A stretch of DNA of 63,634 nucleotides from Azolla caroliniana (lineage: Eukaryota; Plantae; Polypodiophyta). Shown in pieces: positions 22,777 to 34,330 of the stretch (the stretch's first letter is position 1; every line of letters starts with the position of its first letter). The notes beneath the pieces were generated by a model. That model saw nothing but the letters and a program-made list of their open reading frames with translations, searched no databases and was not told where the DNA came from. Location of the stretch: contig JBHGNT010000161.1 of NCBI GenBank assembly GCA_043228905.1, positions 1 through 63,634 on the forward strand, in the 5' to 3' direction. The translations under genes and the position numbers were made by a program.

Positions 22777-25038
22777 GAGAACACTTGAAATGCCCCTTCA
22801 ACTCTCAAAATTCTTCCTTGTTAGGGATATATATCTTGTAAGGGCGTTTAATCTAGTGTTATGATTCTCGCTTCGGGTAAGGAGGTCTCGAGTTTGATTC
22901 TCGAAATTCCTCGTGTAATAGTTTGTGAGGGGTATCCGTTACCCATTCAATCCTCCAAATTTTCTTCTTGTAAGGGCATTTGGTCTATGGTATAATTCTC
23001 GCTTCGGGTGCGAGAGGTCTCGAGTTCGATTCTCGAAATGCCCCTTGTTCAATCCTCCAAATTTTCTTCCTCCTCTTGTAAGGGGATAAGGGCATTTGGT
23101 CTGTGGTATGATTCTCGCTTCGGGTGCGAGAGGTCTCGAGTTCGATTCTCGAAATGCCGCTTGTTCAATCCTCCAAATAATCTTCCCTTGTAAGGGCATT
23201 TGATCTCGAGTGTGATTCTTGAAATGTCCCTTGTTCAATCCTCCAAAAAATCTTCCCTTGTAAGGGCATTTGGTATGTGGTATGATTGTCGGTTCGGGTA
23301 CGATAGGTGTCAAGTTCAATTTTGGAAATGCCCATTGTTCTATCCTCCAAAAACTCTTCCCTTGTAAGGGAATTTGGTGTACTGGTATGATTCTCACTTC
23401 GAGTGCGACAGGTCTTGAGTTTGATTCTCGAAATGTGCCTTGTTCAATCCTCCAAAAAATCTTCTTTGTGAGATGTATTCCCTATAAGGGCATTTGGTAT
23501 AGTGGTATGATTCTCGTTTTTGGTATGAGAGGTCTTGAGTTCGGTTCTCGAAATGCCCCGAGAGTGTAATATTACTCCTTGGAGGCGTTGTAACGATATC
23601 CCTTATAAGGGAATTTGGTTTATTGTGATGATTCTCAAAATGCCCCTTGTAATAGTATCCTTTCTTTGAGGCTTTGTGATGATATTTCTTTGAGAAGGAG
23701 AAAAGGAAATTAGAATTAGTAAATATATATGAAACTATTTGTAACTCTTTGAAACGACAAATCCAAATTAGTTTATCAATCCATCAAAAGATAGAAATTT
23801 TAAGCAGTTGCAATCTTTGTCACGAGATTGGGTGGGGGTTACATAAGTCTGGCCTCCGAGGAACGTATCGCAATCTAGGTGGCATTGATTCAATGAGCCA
23901 CTTGGATCAATAAACCATAGAGTGCAACAACTAATCTTGCAGCTAAAATGCTTGTTCCAAAGGCGCATTTACCTAGGGTTGAGAGGTTGTTCTAGTGGTA
24001 TGATTCTCCATTTCAGTGTGAGAGTTGAATTCTTGTAACAATATCCTTTTTAAGGTGGTCTAGTGGTATGATTATCACTTTGGGTGCAAGATATTTTGAG
24101 TTCAATTCTCAAAACGCCCCTTGTAATCTTACCCCTTCAATTTTGGAAATGCCCATTATAAAATAGTACCCCTACCATTCTCCAATTCTCCCTTTCAATA
24201 TCCCTTCTAAGGCATTTATATATTTACTATTCCTTCTAAGAACTTATGAATTTCGCTTATATTTCTAAGGGCATTTGATCTGGCGGTATGATTCTCGCTA
24301 GGTGCGAGAGGTCTCGACTTTGATTCTTGGAATGACGAGGCCTTATACCTTTTCTAAGGGCATTTGGTCTAGTGGTAGGATTTTTGCTTTGGGTCGAGAG
24401 GTCTCGAGTTCAATTCTTGTAATATTACCCCTTCAATTCTAGAAATGCCCATTATAAAATAGTACCCCTTCCATTCTCCAACTATCCCTTTCAATATACC
24501 ACTAGACCAAATAGGCAATGCACTTTCCCTACTTGTTTGTTGTTCGGCGCCCGCCGCTTTTGTCGTTAGCACTCTTTTGTTCATTAATCAAGTGTTTCAT
24601 CTTCGGGCATCTTTGTAAGACGTAAAACACTTGATCCCATTCCGACCTCAATATGTGAAAAGTGTTTTCTGCCATATGTACTGATAATTTTCGGGAGACG
24701 TGATTCGACAACCCGGACCTTTTCGATATCCCTTCTAAGGCATATTTGGTCTAGTGGTATATTTCACTTTTGGTGCAAGAGGTTTCAAAATGCCCATTAT
24801 AATATTACCCTTGCTTTGAGGCTTAATGTTATAGTACCTCTTATCTTTGAATGACTGAATGTTTGTAATAGTATGCCTTCTCAATGCATTTGGTCTGGTG
24901 GTATGATTTTTGCTTTAGGTGTGAGAGGTTTCGAGTTTGATTCTGGAAATTCCCCTTGTAATAGTACCTCCTCCTTGAGGCTCAATGTGATACTATCTTT
25001 TAGCTTTGAATTAATGAATCCCTATTACAATATGAAAA

Positions 25039-26330
25039 TGTTGAATAAAGCATACAAGCCTATGTTTGAAAGTAACCATATAATATACTTTAGGAACTCC
25101 TTCGATTTGATATATAGACCTATTATTATGAAAGTCTTTGATCATACAAACTAAGATATCTTAAATCCTTAAGATAAAAAATAACATATAATCTATACAT
25201 GTATATGTATTGGAGAAGTTTGCAAGTGTCATGCATGAACTGAACAAGCAATTGTATATAAAGACCTCACATCAAAGAGGTGAATATCATCAAGTGAGAG
25301 ATATCATAGTGTTATTGTATTTGACAATTAATATCAAGAACATTGTATCTATTCGACGTTAAGATCATCTTCTATATTCTCTTTCTCTATCTATGTATAA
25401 CCTTTCTATTCATATATAACTAACAATGGTATCCGACCGTTGGTTTAGATTATGAAGAAACATTTTCACCAATCGCAAAAATGTCGAGTGTAAGATTTGT
25501 AATATCACTTGTTAGTCAAAATTGGAAGCTGTCGCAAATGGATGTCAAAAATGTTTTTCTTAACGGCAATCTAAATAAAGTTGTTTACATGGAACAACCA
25601 CAAGGATACACATATGGTAATAATCTCATATGCAAGCTAAAGAAAGCTTTATATTGACTGAAATAAGCATCGCCTCCTTGGTATGACATGTTAACAAAGT
25701 TAGATTGGATATGGTTTAGATTATGAAGAAACATTTTTACCTATCGCAAAAATGTCGAGTGTAAGATCCGTAATATCACTTGATAGTCAAAATTGGAAGC
25801 TTTATTAATTGGATACATGTCAAAAATATTTTTTTAATTGTGATCTAAATGAAACTGTTTAATGGAACAACCACAAGGATACACATATGATATGGTAATG
25901 ATTTGAAATGCAAGCTAAAAAAAGATTTATGTAGATTGAAACAAGCACCATGTGCTTGGTATGACATGTTAACAAAGTATTTACAAAAGACAAGTTTTAA
26001 GCAAAGTATAACAGATGTTCTATGTTTACGAAAATCAATTCTCAAATAGTTACAATAATTGTAATTTATCTTGAATAATCACAAGAGGTGAATGTTTATT
26101 AAGCAATCTTGTCAAAAATCTTTTAAAAAAACTACAACTCCATGATATAAATATGTGCTTTAGGGGGATGTGGAGCACATATTTGGAAGTAAACATATAA
26201 TATACTTTGGGAATTGGATTTGATCTTCGGAATTATTATATCAAAGTTTTTAATAATATACTAAATCCTTAAAATAAGATAACATGTAAACTATACATGC
26301 ACATGTGTTAGAGAAGTTTACGAGTGTCAA
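25039..26330 (+). mobile_element. Internally deleted, decayed Copia remnant
   Basis: LTR about 25039-25425 (TGTT..AACA) followed by PBS-like TGGTATCCGA. The RT fragment GLDYEETFSPIAKM..QMDVKN..CKLKK occurs twice in tandem (about 25441 and 25712). PPT AGGGGGA near 26162, then a partial second LTR. Confidence 0.75.
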
Positions 26331-27317
26331 TGAACCATTTAAAGGAGAAATTCAGATTTGAACGAGGAGCGACGGGGATGGAGGGGATGAGAGGAGCGAA
26401 GGTAGCAGAGGGGTCATCAAACAACATTTCAGAAGCATTGAAGGTTGCACAAAGCCCTCTTGCCATCAAGGGGACGCAAGTATGTGAGGAACGAGGTATA
26501 ATCGTTATGATGATGATCTAGAACAAGGGATAGATGGGATGGATAGTTGGAGTGGTAGCTCAATACAAGCTATGGGAGCCTTCGTTCTCTCCCTGGAAGA
26601 AGAATGCATCACAGAGAGTGAAATAATTAGACTTAGACATGAATCATTTGTGGTGAAAGTTGTGGGTAGTCGACTAATCAAGCGTTGTTGCATGACTGTT
26701 TGCAAAGCGGCCTATAAGAAGACCTTGGAAGAATGAAGGACGTCGCATTTATGGGAAAGGGATTTTACCATGTCATTGTGTTGCCGGAAACGAATATATT
26801 CAAAATTATAGAGTGCAGCCCATTGACATGGCACAATGCAAGAGCCTATGTATTCAAATGGGATCTAGACTTCAACATGTGTAAAGCAGATGCTTGTATA
26901 GCCAATCCAGCAATGGTAACGACCTTTTTTCCTGGTTTGCCTAATCAATGGGAGTCCTTTCTCCTAGCCATTGGCAAAAGTATGGGAGGGCAATGCATGG
27001 GAAAAACATTAGTAGAGAGAATAAGTGAAACACCGAGGATGAAATTAATTGTCTCTAATGTAAAGGCCTTACCACAATCGATGTTTCTTAGCAGCAAACT
27101 AAAGTCCGACCATGTACAACTAGTGGAATATGCAAGACTCCCATGGCAATGCTTTGTATGTAGATAGATGGGGCATATGGCCCGAGAATGCCCTAGAGGT
27201 AAGGAGACCATGCATCGTAGAAATGGGAAGCAAGGATGGAAAGGCAGAACAAGTCTGACACAACATAATAATCTGAGAATAAACCTTGCAGTGCGTATGA
27301 ATGAAGATGGATGGAAA
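26331..27317 (+). mobile_element. LINE (L1-like) 5' part, ORF1 pseudogene
   Basis: Plant L1 ORF1-like segment (DVAFMGKGFYHV..FKW..FFPGLP..VEYARLP) followed by zinc knuckle CFVCR*MGHMARECP. The 5' boundary is approximate. Confidence 0.75.
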
Positions 27318-27758
27318 TATTATAGATCTAGGTACTAAAGTAAGCTTAAGATAAGGATAAAGAAATGAAAGATAGAAAGGAGAAAGAGAAAGAAGGGTGT
27401 CGATCCACCCGACCACCCCCGAGCAAAGGGATCGAGACGGACTCGAGCCTCGATCGGCGTCCCATACCACCGTCGTGGCGTCGAGTCGTACCTGGTGCTG
27501 GCGCGCTCGCTACAAGAGTTGACCCACCACACGAGCAGAGTCTCGATGTAGTCAAAAGATGATCCAATGAGGGTAGCTAGGCCTCTTATTTATAGCGATA
27601 CCCAAGGCCCCCAGGCAAGTTCACACTTGACCTAATGGGTTGTCTCAATCCCGAGGATTAAAAGTAATCCTCCCCTTCTTTACACTCTCATTTAACCCTC
27701 ACACTTATCCACGTGTATAGAATACTACGGTAAATTCTTACCACAGGATATTATATGG

Positions 27759-28889
27759 TCATGCCCGTAACATACTCCCCCTCTTTAAAACATTGCACTC
27801 TTGCAATGGAAAGTTAGGGAAGTTAGTTCTAAGAGTATTTTCGCGTTCCCATGTGGCATCTTTTATTGATTTATCCATCCATTTTATTTTGAATTCTCGG
27901 ATTTCTTTAGTACGTAATTTTTTTGTTTTAACATCGAGAATTCTTTCTGGTACATGTGGTTTAGAAGATAATTCTTCAGAAGTAACCAGAGTTTCAGTCG
28001 TAACTGTATTGTCGCCAGAACCTAGAAGTTCTTTTAGACGACTCACATGAAAGACTGGATGAATTCCAACACCATCGGGAAGAGCGAGACGATAGGCTGA
28101 TGACCCAATGCGTTTGAGGACTGTAAAAGGTCCACAAAACCGTGGGGCTAACTTAGCGTACTTACCCGTAGACAATGTCTTAGAATTGTGAGGTACACGT
28201 AAAAATACCTTCTGTCCAAGGTTGAATACACGAGGTTGCCTATGATGATCGGCATAAAAACGCGCTCTATCTTGAGCTGTTTTTATATTATCTCGTGCAA
28301 TATGCAACATATCTTGCATATCCCGAAGAAATTTTTGCGTACTTCGCAACTCATCATGATGTATATTAACATCAAACGAGGCTCGTGGCTGAAAACCATA
28401 CATCAACATAAAAGGACTATATCCCGTCGACGTATGCTTGGAGCTGTTATAAGCAAACTCCAAAATTGGGAGATAACGTTCCCATTTTGTTGGTTTTGCA
28501 CCAACGTATGCTCGAAGCATGTCCTCAATAATTTGATTTACTAGTTCTGTCTGTCCATCAGATTGAGGATGATCCGTGGAGCTCATGCTCAACGTAGTTT
28601 CTAACTTCTTAAAGACTTGTGTCCAGAAGTCACTAGTAAACTTTGGATCTCGATCACTCACGATATCCATCGGTAACCCATAAAACGAAACAATTCGTCA
28701 ACGAATTGGTAAGCCAATTCAGGAGCTGTTATCGTGGTTTTAGTAGCAATAAATCTGGCCATTTTAGTTAGTCGATCAACGACAACCCAGATGGCATCAT
28801 GACCTTTTTGGGTGCGAGGAAGGCTAACAATAAAATCCATGGATATACTTTCCCACTTATTATTGGGAATGTCCAGGGGATGTAAAAGT
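27759..28889 (-). pseudogene. Gypsy integrase core, GPF motif and chromodomain (frameshift near 28680)
   Basis: ISMDFI..VVVDRLTK, IVSDRDPKFTS, HPQSDGQTE, PRFCGPF, PERILD..FKIKW..DATWE. Confidence 0.9.
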
Positions 28890-31800
28890 TGTTAAGAAAA
28901 CGTGAAGAAGGCACTCGAGCTCTTCTTATGTGCGCGGCGGATCGTAGTGTGCTGGATCGTTAGCGTGCTCTAAACAGACAGAGAAAGGAAAGGGGACTTA
29001 CCTCTGTAGTAGCAAAATGGTTTTCTTCTATTACATGTAGAGCTCAACTTGCTCTTGTCAGTCTTCTGGTCTCTCACTCTCTCAGAGTTTTCTACTCACT
29101 ATATTCTGTTTTTTTCTTACTGCTTACATCCTATTCACTCTCACTTACTTTTACCTAAGTCATAAGTTATTACACATGCAGCTAATTAGCTGCCAGTAGC
29201 TAATTAGCTGTCAGTCGCTAAATAGCTGTTCACTAGCTAATTAGCTGTCACTAGCTAAATAGCTGTTTTACCTTTTTGTTCACTAGTAGCTAAATAGCTA
29301 CTATAGCTTATTTCTCATAAGCATCACATACCATGTTGAGCTTGCTTCTCAACACTCCCCCTCAAGCTCAACTTATTCTTGCTTGAGGTTCTCTTCAATC
29401 TTCTTTTCCATTTTGCTTTTTAGCCATCTCATCAATGTTTACAACTCCCATCATGTTCCGAAACTGTGTATGCTTTTCCACACTCAATCCCTTTGTGAGA
29501 ATATCAGCAACCTGCTGATTTGTATTCACATACACCAGATCAACTTCACCTTCCATCACTTTTTCTCTAACAAAGTGATAATGCACCTCAATGTGCTTTG
29601 TTCTTGCATGGAACACTGGGTTCTTTGCAAGCTGAATGCTGCTCATATTGTCACACCAGATTGTGACAGCACCATCTATATATACTCCCAGATCAGCAAG
29701 CAGTCTTCTGATCCATACTTCTTCACATGAGGCTATTGCAGCCCCTCTATACTCAGCTTCTGTACTGGACAATGCAACAGTAGCCTGTTTCTTGCTACTC
29801 CATGAAATTCCTGCACTTCCCAAGGTAAACATGTATCCACTTGTGGATCTCCTGTCTGTTTGGCTTCCAGCCCAATCAGCATCTGTATATCCTTCCAGAT
29901 TTATGTCTAGATCAGCCCTGTAAAATAGTCCAAAGTTCTGAGTTGCTTTTACATACCTCAGAATCCTTCTGATGCAGTCCAAATGTGGCTTTGTTGGCTG
30001 TTGCATAAACTGGCTGACTAATCCAACAACATAGCTCAAATCAGGTCTTGTTATAGTCAAATAAATAAGGCTGCCCACCATAGACCTGTACATGTTTACA
30101 TCTTCTATCTTGGCTCCCAAATCAGCCCTCAACTTGCAGTTTTTATCAAGTGGTACAGCAATAGGTTTGCATCCAAGCATACCATACTTTTTCAACATAG
30201 TTGTTGCATACTGTTTTTGCAACATACATATACCACTTTCAGATCTGATGATTTCAATACCAAGAAAATATCTCAGATCTCCCAAATCTTTCATATGAAA
30301 CTGCATTTCCAGATTTTTTTTCAACTTTCTTATTTCATCCACGGAATCTCCTCCAATAATCAAATCATCTACATAAATCAGAATAATAACAATGCAATCA
30401 TTTTCACTTTTTACATACAAAGAAGGATCAGCTTTTGACATTTTGAAACCAAGATTTTTCAGAGAATCTGAAAGTTCTCTGTGCCATGCTCTTGGTGCCT
30501 GTTTCAGTCCATAGAGAGCTTTTTTCAGCTTACATACATAATCAGGATGTTTCTTATCTTCAAAACCTGGTGGTTGACTCATATACACTTCTTCTTCCAA
30601 GTTACCATGTAAAAAGGCATTTTTTACATCCATGTGATGCAAAATCCATTTTCTGGCTGCTCCTACAGCAAGTAGTGTTCTCAAGGTTGCCATCTTTGCA
30701 ACCGGTGCAAAAGTCTCATCATAATCAATCCCTTGCATCTGAGCATATCCTTTTGCAACCAATCTTGCTTTATGTCTACTTACATTCCCATTGGAGTCAT
30801 GCTTTGTCTTGTAGACCCATTTGCAGCCTACCACATTTTTCTCTTTTGGTAACTTCACTAAATCCCACGTTTTGTTCTCAGCCAATGCATCAATCTCTTC
30901 TTGCATTGCATCCATCCATTTCTTCTCAGATTTTGCTTCTTCAAAGCTGTTTGGGTCAGGGATCTGTACCACCTTAGACATATATGCATAGTGCATAGCC
31001 ATATATGTATCATACCCAAATCTTTCCACAGTCTTTTTCTCTCTATCTGATCTTCTCAGTTTCTGATTTGCATTCTTTATTGCCTTTTCCATACCAGGGA
31101 TTTTCATTTCCTGTATTCCAAGGAAATCATCCAAAGACATATCTGAATCTTCATCTTCCATGTTTTTTGATAGGTCATCCGGGATTTCATACTCTGGCAT
31201 TTTCTGTTTTCCTTTTTTGTCATCAGATTTTTTCTGTCCAGTTTTTCCACTCCATGAATTTGAATCAGATTTACCATCTGAGCTTTTTGATGGTCCAGAA
31301 CATTCTGTTGATGTTGGACTTTGCTGTCCAACCTTGTCTCCATCTCTGTGACAGTCTTCTACATTTTCTGATCTGTCTTTGTCTTCATTTTGACAGTCTT
31401 CATCAGTCTCTAGATTCTGTTTTGGGCTGTACCAACTAGCCAACTCATCAAATATCACATCTCGACTTGTCACAATCTTTTTAGTCACAGGGTTATAACA
31501 TCTGTACCCTTTTTGTTCTTCTGAATATCCAACAAAGATACATTTTTCTGCTTTTGGATCCAACTTACTTCTTACTTCTGCAGGCACATGTACATATGCA
31601 AGGCATCCAAACACTTTCAAGTGTTGTAAGCTAGGCTTCCTGCCATAAAAACACTCTTCAGGAGTTGCCTCATGTACTCCTGATGTAATACATCTATTTA
31701 AAATGTAATTTGCTGTATTTACAGCTTCTGCCCAATAGTATAATGGCATGTTCTTCTCAGTCATCATTGCCCTTGCTATGTTCACCAAAGTTCTGTTTTT

Positions 31801-34330
31801 CCTCTCAGCAACTCCATTTTGCTGTGGAGTATATCGGCATGTGAACTGTCTTCTTATTCCCTGATTACACAAAAAATCAGAAAATTCATTGGAGAAATAC
31901 TCTCCTCCTCCATCAGATCTCAAACATTTTATCCTTGTACCAGCCTGCTTTTCTACCATGCATTTAAACTTACGAAAACAGTCAAATACTTCACTTTTCT
32001 CCTTCATGAAGTACACCCATGTCTTCCGTGAACAATCATCAATAAATGTAACATAAAATCTGCATCCACCAATAGATGCATTCTTTGTTGGTCCCCATAC
32101 ATCTGTATGTACCAAATCCAACAGATTTTTGCTTACATGTCTTTCATGAGGGAATGGCAACCTGTTTTGCTTACCATATTGACATGCTTCACATACTTTT
32201 CCCATTTCACACTTTTTCAAATTTGGCAGTCCAGCCACTGCATCTTTTCTCAACATATTCTTTAATGTTTGCATACTTATATGGCCAATCCTTTTATGCC
32301 ACATTTCCACATCTGAGATTACACTCGTTCCATTTGCAAACATGGCTGAAATCTGTTTGGGCATTTCTACATCCAAGATAAACATTCTTCCTTGTCTCTT
32401 CCCTTTTGCAATGAGCTTTCCATTCTTTTCTATATAGCATCCACTTTGCTTAAACTTCACTTGCATACCTTGCTCTACAATCTGTCCAACAGAAATCAGA
32501 TTCTTAGCAAAGTTTGGAACATGCATCACATTCAACATATACTTGGTTTTTCCTCTTTCTTCCCACAATGGGATATCTCCAACATGTTTTATTTGGTGAG
32601 TTGTGTCATCACCTGTTTGTACATAACCAGGAACCTCTGGTTCTCTTAAACTCTCAAACCAATTTGCATGTCCAGTCATATGGTTAGATGCCCCCGAGTC
32701 TACATACCACGTAAACTCTTCATTACATTTCTGTGAGCTTTCAGCCACTGCTGCTATCTCATGTTGCACTACAAAACCACCTTCCTTTTCACAATCTTCA
32801 CTAGTAGAGGCATAGTTACTCTGTTGTCCTTTTCCTCTTTCCTCATCATTTTGTTTCTTGTAACATTCAGCCTGTGTATGGCCTGGTTTACCACAATACC
32901 AGCAGCCATCATCATTTACATAAGTTTGCTTACCTCTACTTCGGTTGCTCCCCCTGCCTCTGTTGTTGTTTCCTCCTCTATGAGCTTGTTGTCCTCTTCC
33001 TTGGAAGCCATTAATATTGGTTCTTCCTGAGCCAAATCTTCCATGGCCTCTTCCTCGGCCTCTTCCGGCATTATTATAGAGGGCTTGCCCCTCGTTCTCT
33101 GAGTTTCCTTTATTTGCATCATCCATCTGATTCCTTTCCTCTACCACAAGCATTGAGACCAGATCTGAAAAACTTGGGATACTATCCCTTGTGAGCATAG
33201 AAGTTTTAAAACTCTTGTATTGAGGTCCTAAGCCTCTTAAGCATATTTCCACTTTGTCATCATCTTCTGTCTTCACATTGATAGAAGCAAGTGATTCACA
33301 TATACTCTTGATTTTTAGGGCATATTCATTTATTGACATCTTACCTTTCTCCAAGGTATTTAGCTCAGTCTTTAACTGGAGCTTTCTAGCCTTTGTGTTC
33401 ACAGCAAACAGTTTTACCAAGTTGTCCCAAGCTTCTTTTGGGAGCATAGCATCTTGTATATGCCCAAGCATCGAATCTGAGATGCTAAGTGAGAGCCAAT
33501 GCAGTACCTTCCTTGCCCCTTGATTCCAATCTTTGAATGCTTTAATCTGTGCTACTGTGGCATTTTCTTCTGGGATCTCCGGAGCCTCTTCTAGGTCTCC
33601 TTCAATGTAATCCCAGTATCCTTTCCCCATTAGGAAATTTGTCATTCTAAATTTCCACGCCGGGAAATTGTTTTTATCTAATTTCTCTGTGACCATTTGG
33701 CCTACATTCTCTGCAGCCATTTTTTTTCCTTCTAAAAAACCAGGGTTTTGCTTTAGTTACTTCAACAAGTAACTTTCTGATTTCTGATCAGCAACCAGAG
33801 AAATAACTTTCTCAGATTAAGGCACTGCTATACTCTTCCTTACGAGCTACTCTGCTCTGATACCATGTTAAGAAAACGTGAAGAAGGCACTCGAGCTCTT
33901 CTTATGTGCGCGGCGGATCGTAGTGTGCTGGATCGTTAGCGTGCTCTAAACAGACAGAGAAAGGAAAGGGGACTTACCTCTGTAGTAGCAAAATGGTTTT
34001 CTTCTATTACATGTAGAGCTCAACTTGCTCTTGTCAGTCTTCTGGTCTCTCACTCTCTCAGAGTTTTCTACTCACTATATTCTGTTTTTTTCTTACTGCT
34101 TACATCCTATTCACTCTCACTTACTTTTACCTAAGTCATAAGTTATTACACATGCAGCTAATTAGCTGCCAGTAGCTAATTAGCTGTCAGTCGCTAAATA
34201 GCTGTTCACTAGCTAATTAGCTGTCACTAGCTAAATAGCTGTTTTACCTTTTTGTTCACTAGTAGCTAAATAGCTACTATAGCTTATTTCTCATAAGCAT
34301 CACATACCATGTTGAGCTTGCTTCTCAACA
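28890..34330 (-). mobile_element. Intact Ty1/Copia retrotransposon (Copia-3) inserted in the Gypsy integrase
   Basis: 465-bp LTRs at 28890-29354 and 33866-34330, with no difference seen by eye. Perfect TSD AAAGT, PBS at 33855-33865, PPT next to 29355. Confidence 0.98.
29395..33720 (-). CDS. Copia Gag-Pol polyprotein, 1441 aa
   Basis: Uninterrupted ORF with CWYCGKPGHTQAEC, YVDSGAS, HHCC and DDE integrase motifs, IYVDD and RNase H DADWAG..ADILTK. Confidence 0.97.
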   Translation of the reverse strand: MAAENVGQMVTEKLDKNNFPAWKFRMTNFLMGKGYWDYIEGDLEEAPEIPEENATVAQIKAFKDWNQGARKVLHWLSLSISDSMLGHIQDAMLPKEAWDNLVKLFAVNTKARKLQLKTELNTLEKGKMSINEYALKIKSICESLASINVKTEDDDKVEICLRGLGPQYKSFKTSMLTRDSIPSFSDLVSMLVVEERNQMDDANKGNSENEGQALYNNAGRGRGRGHGRFGSGRTNINGFQGRGQQAHRGGNNNRGRGSNRSRGKQTYVNDDGCWYCGKPGHTQAECYKKQNDEERGKGQQSNYASTSEDCEKEGGFVVQHEIAAVAESSQKCNEEFTWYVDSGASNHMTGHANWFESLREPEVPGYVQTGDDTTHQIKHVGDIPLWEERGKTKYMLNVMHVPNFAKNLISVGQIVEQGMQVKFKQSGCYIEKNGKLIAKGKRQGRMFILDVEMPKQISAMFANGTSVISDVEMWHKRIGHISMQTLKNMLRKDAVAGLPNLKKCEMGKVCEACQYGKQNRLPFPHERHVSKNLLDLVHTDVWGPTKNASIGGCRFYVTFIDDCSRKTWVYFMKEKSEVFDCFRKFKCMVEKQAGTRIKCLRSDGGGEYFSNEFSDFLCNQGIRRQFTCRYTPQQNGVAERKNRTLVNIARAMMTEKNMPLYYWAEAVNTANYILNRCITSGVHEATPEECFYGRKPSLQHLKVFGCLAYVHVPAEVRSKLDPKAEKCIFVGYSEEQKGYRCYNPVTKKIVTSRDVIFDELASWYSPKQNLETDEDCQNEDKDRSENVEDCHRDGDKVGQQSPTSTECSGPSKSSDGKSDSNSWSGKTGQKKSDDKKGKQKMPEYEIPDDLSKNMEDEDSDMSLDDFLGIQEMKIPGMEKAIKNANQKLRRSDREKKTVERFGYDTYMAMHYAYMSKVVQIPDPNSFEEAKSEKKWMDAMQEEIDALAENKTWDLVKLPKEKNVVGCKWVYKTKHDSNGNVSRHKARLVAKGYAQMQGIDYDETFAPVAKMATLRTLLAVGAARKWILHHMDVKNAFLHGNLEEEVYMSQPPGFEDKKHPDYVCKLKKALYGLKQAPRAWHRELSDSLKNLGFKMSKADPSLYVKSENDCIVIILIYVDDLIIGGDSVDEIRKLKKNLEMQFHMKDLGDLRYFLGIEIIRSESGICMLQKQYATTMLKKYGMLGCKPIAVPLDKNCKLRADLGAKIEDVNMYRSMVGSLIYLTITRPDLSYVVGLVSQFMQQPTKPHLDCIRRILRYVKATQNFGLFYRADLDINLEGYTDADWAGSQTDRRSTSGYMFTLGSAGISWSSKKQATVALSSTEAEYRGAAIASCEEVWIRRLLADLGVYIDGAVTIWCDNMSSIQLAKNPVFHARTKHIEVHYHFVREKVMEGEVDLVYVNTNQQVADILTKGLSVEKHTQFRNMMGVVNIDEMAKKQNGKED

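Larger units (their letters stand above)
14460..24955 (+). repeat. Main tandem tRNA-Pro array (about 65 intact, degenerate and partial copies)
   Basis: Head-to-tail 72-nt tRNA-Pro copies. Starts at 15480, 15626, 15772, 15918 and 16064 give an exact 146-bp period. Shorter and more diverged units (about 100-135 bp) follow from 18063. Confidence 0.97.

Noticed and set aside
14436-23569. Repetitive ORFs over the array (e.g. 14436..15044 and 21410..22069)
   Set aside because: They are translations of tRNA repeat units in stop-poor frames and switch frame with unit indels; there is no protein-like conservation.
14460-24955. CRISPR-like appearance of conserved repeats with spacers
   Set aside because: The repeat is a 72-nt tRNA, the spacers are homologous to each other, the context is eukaryotic and there are no cas genes.
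34284-34330. C-terminus of the 1117-aa Gypsy ORF as a real end
   Set aside because: It reads into the inserted Copia-3 LTR; the integrase continues at 28889.
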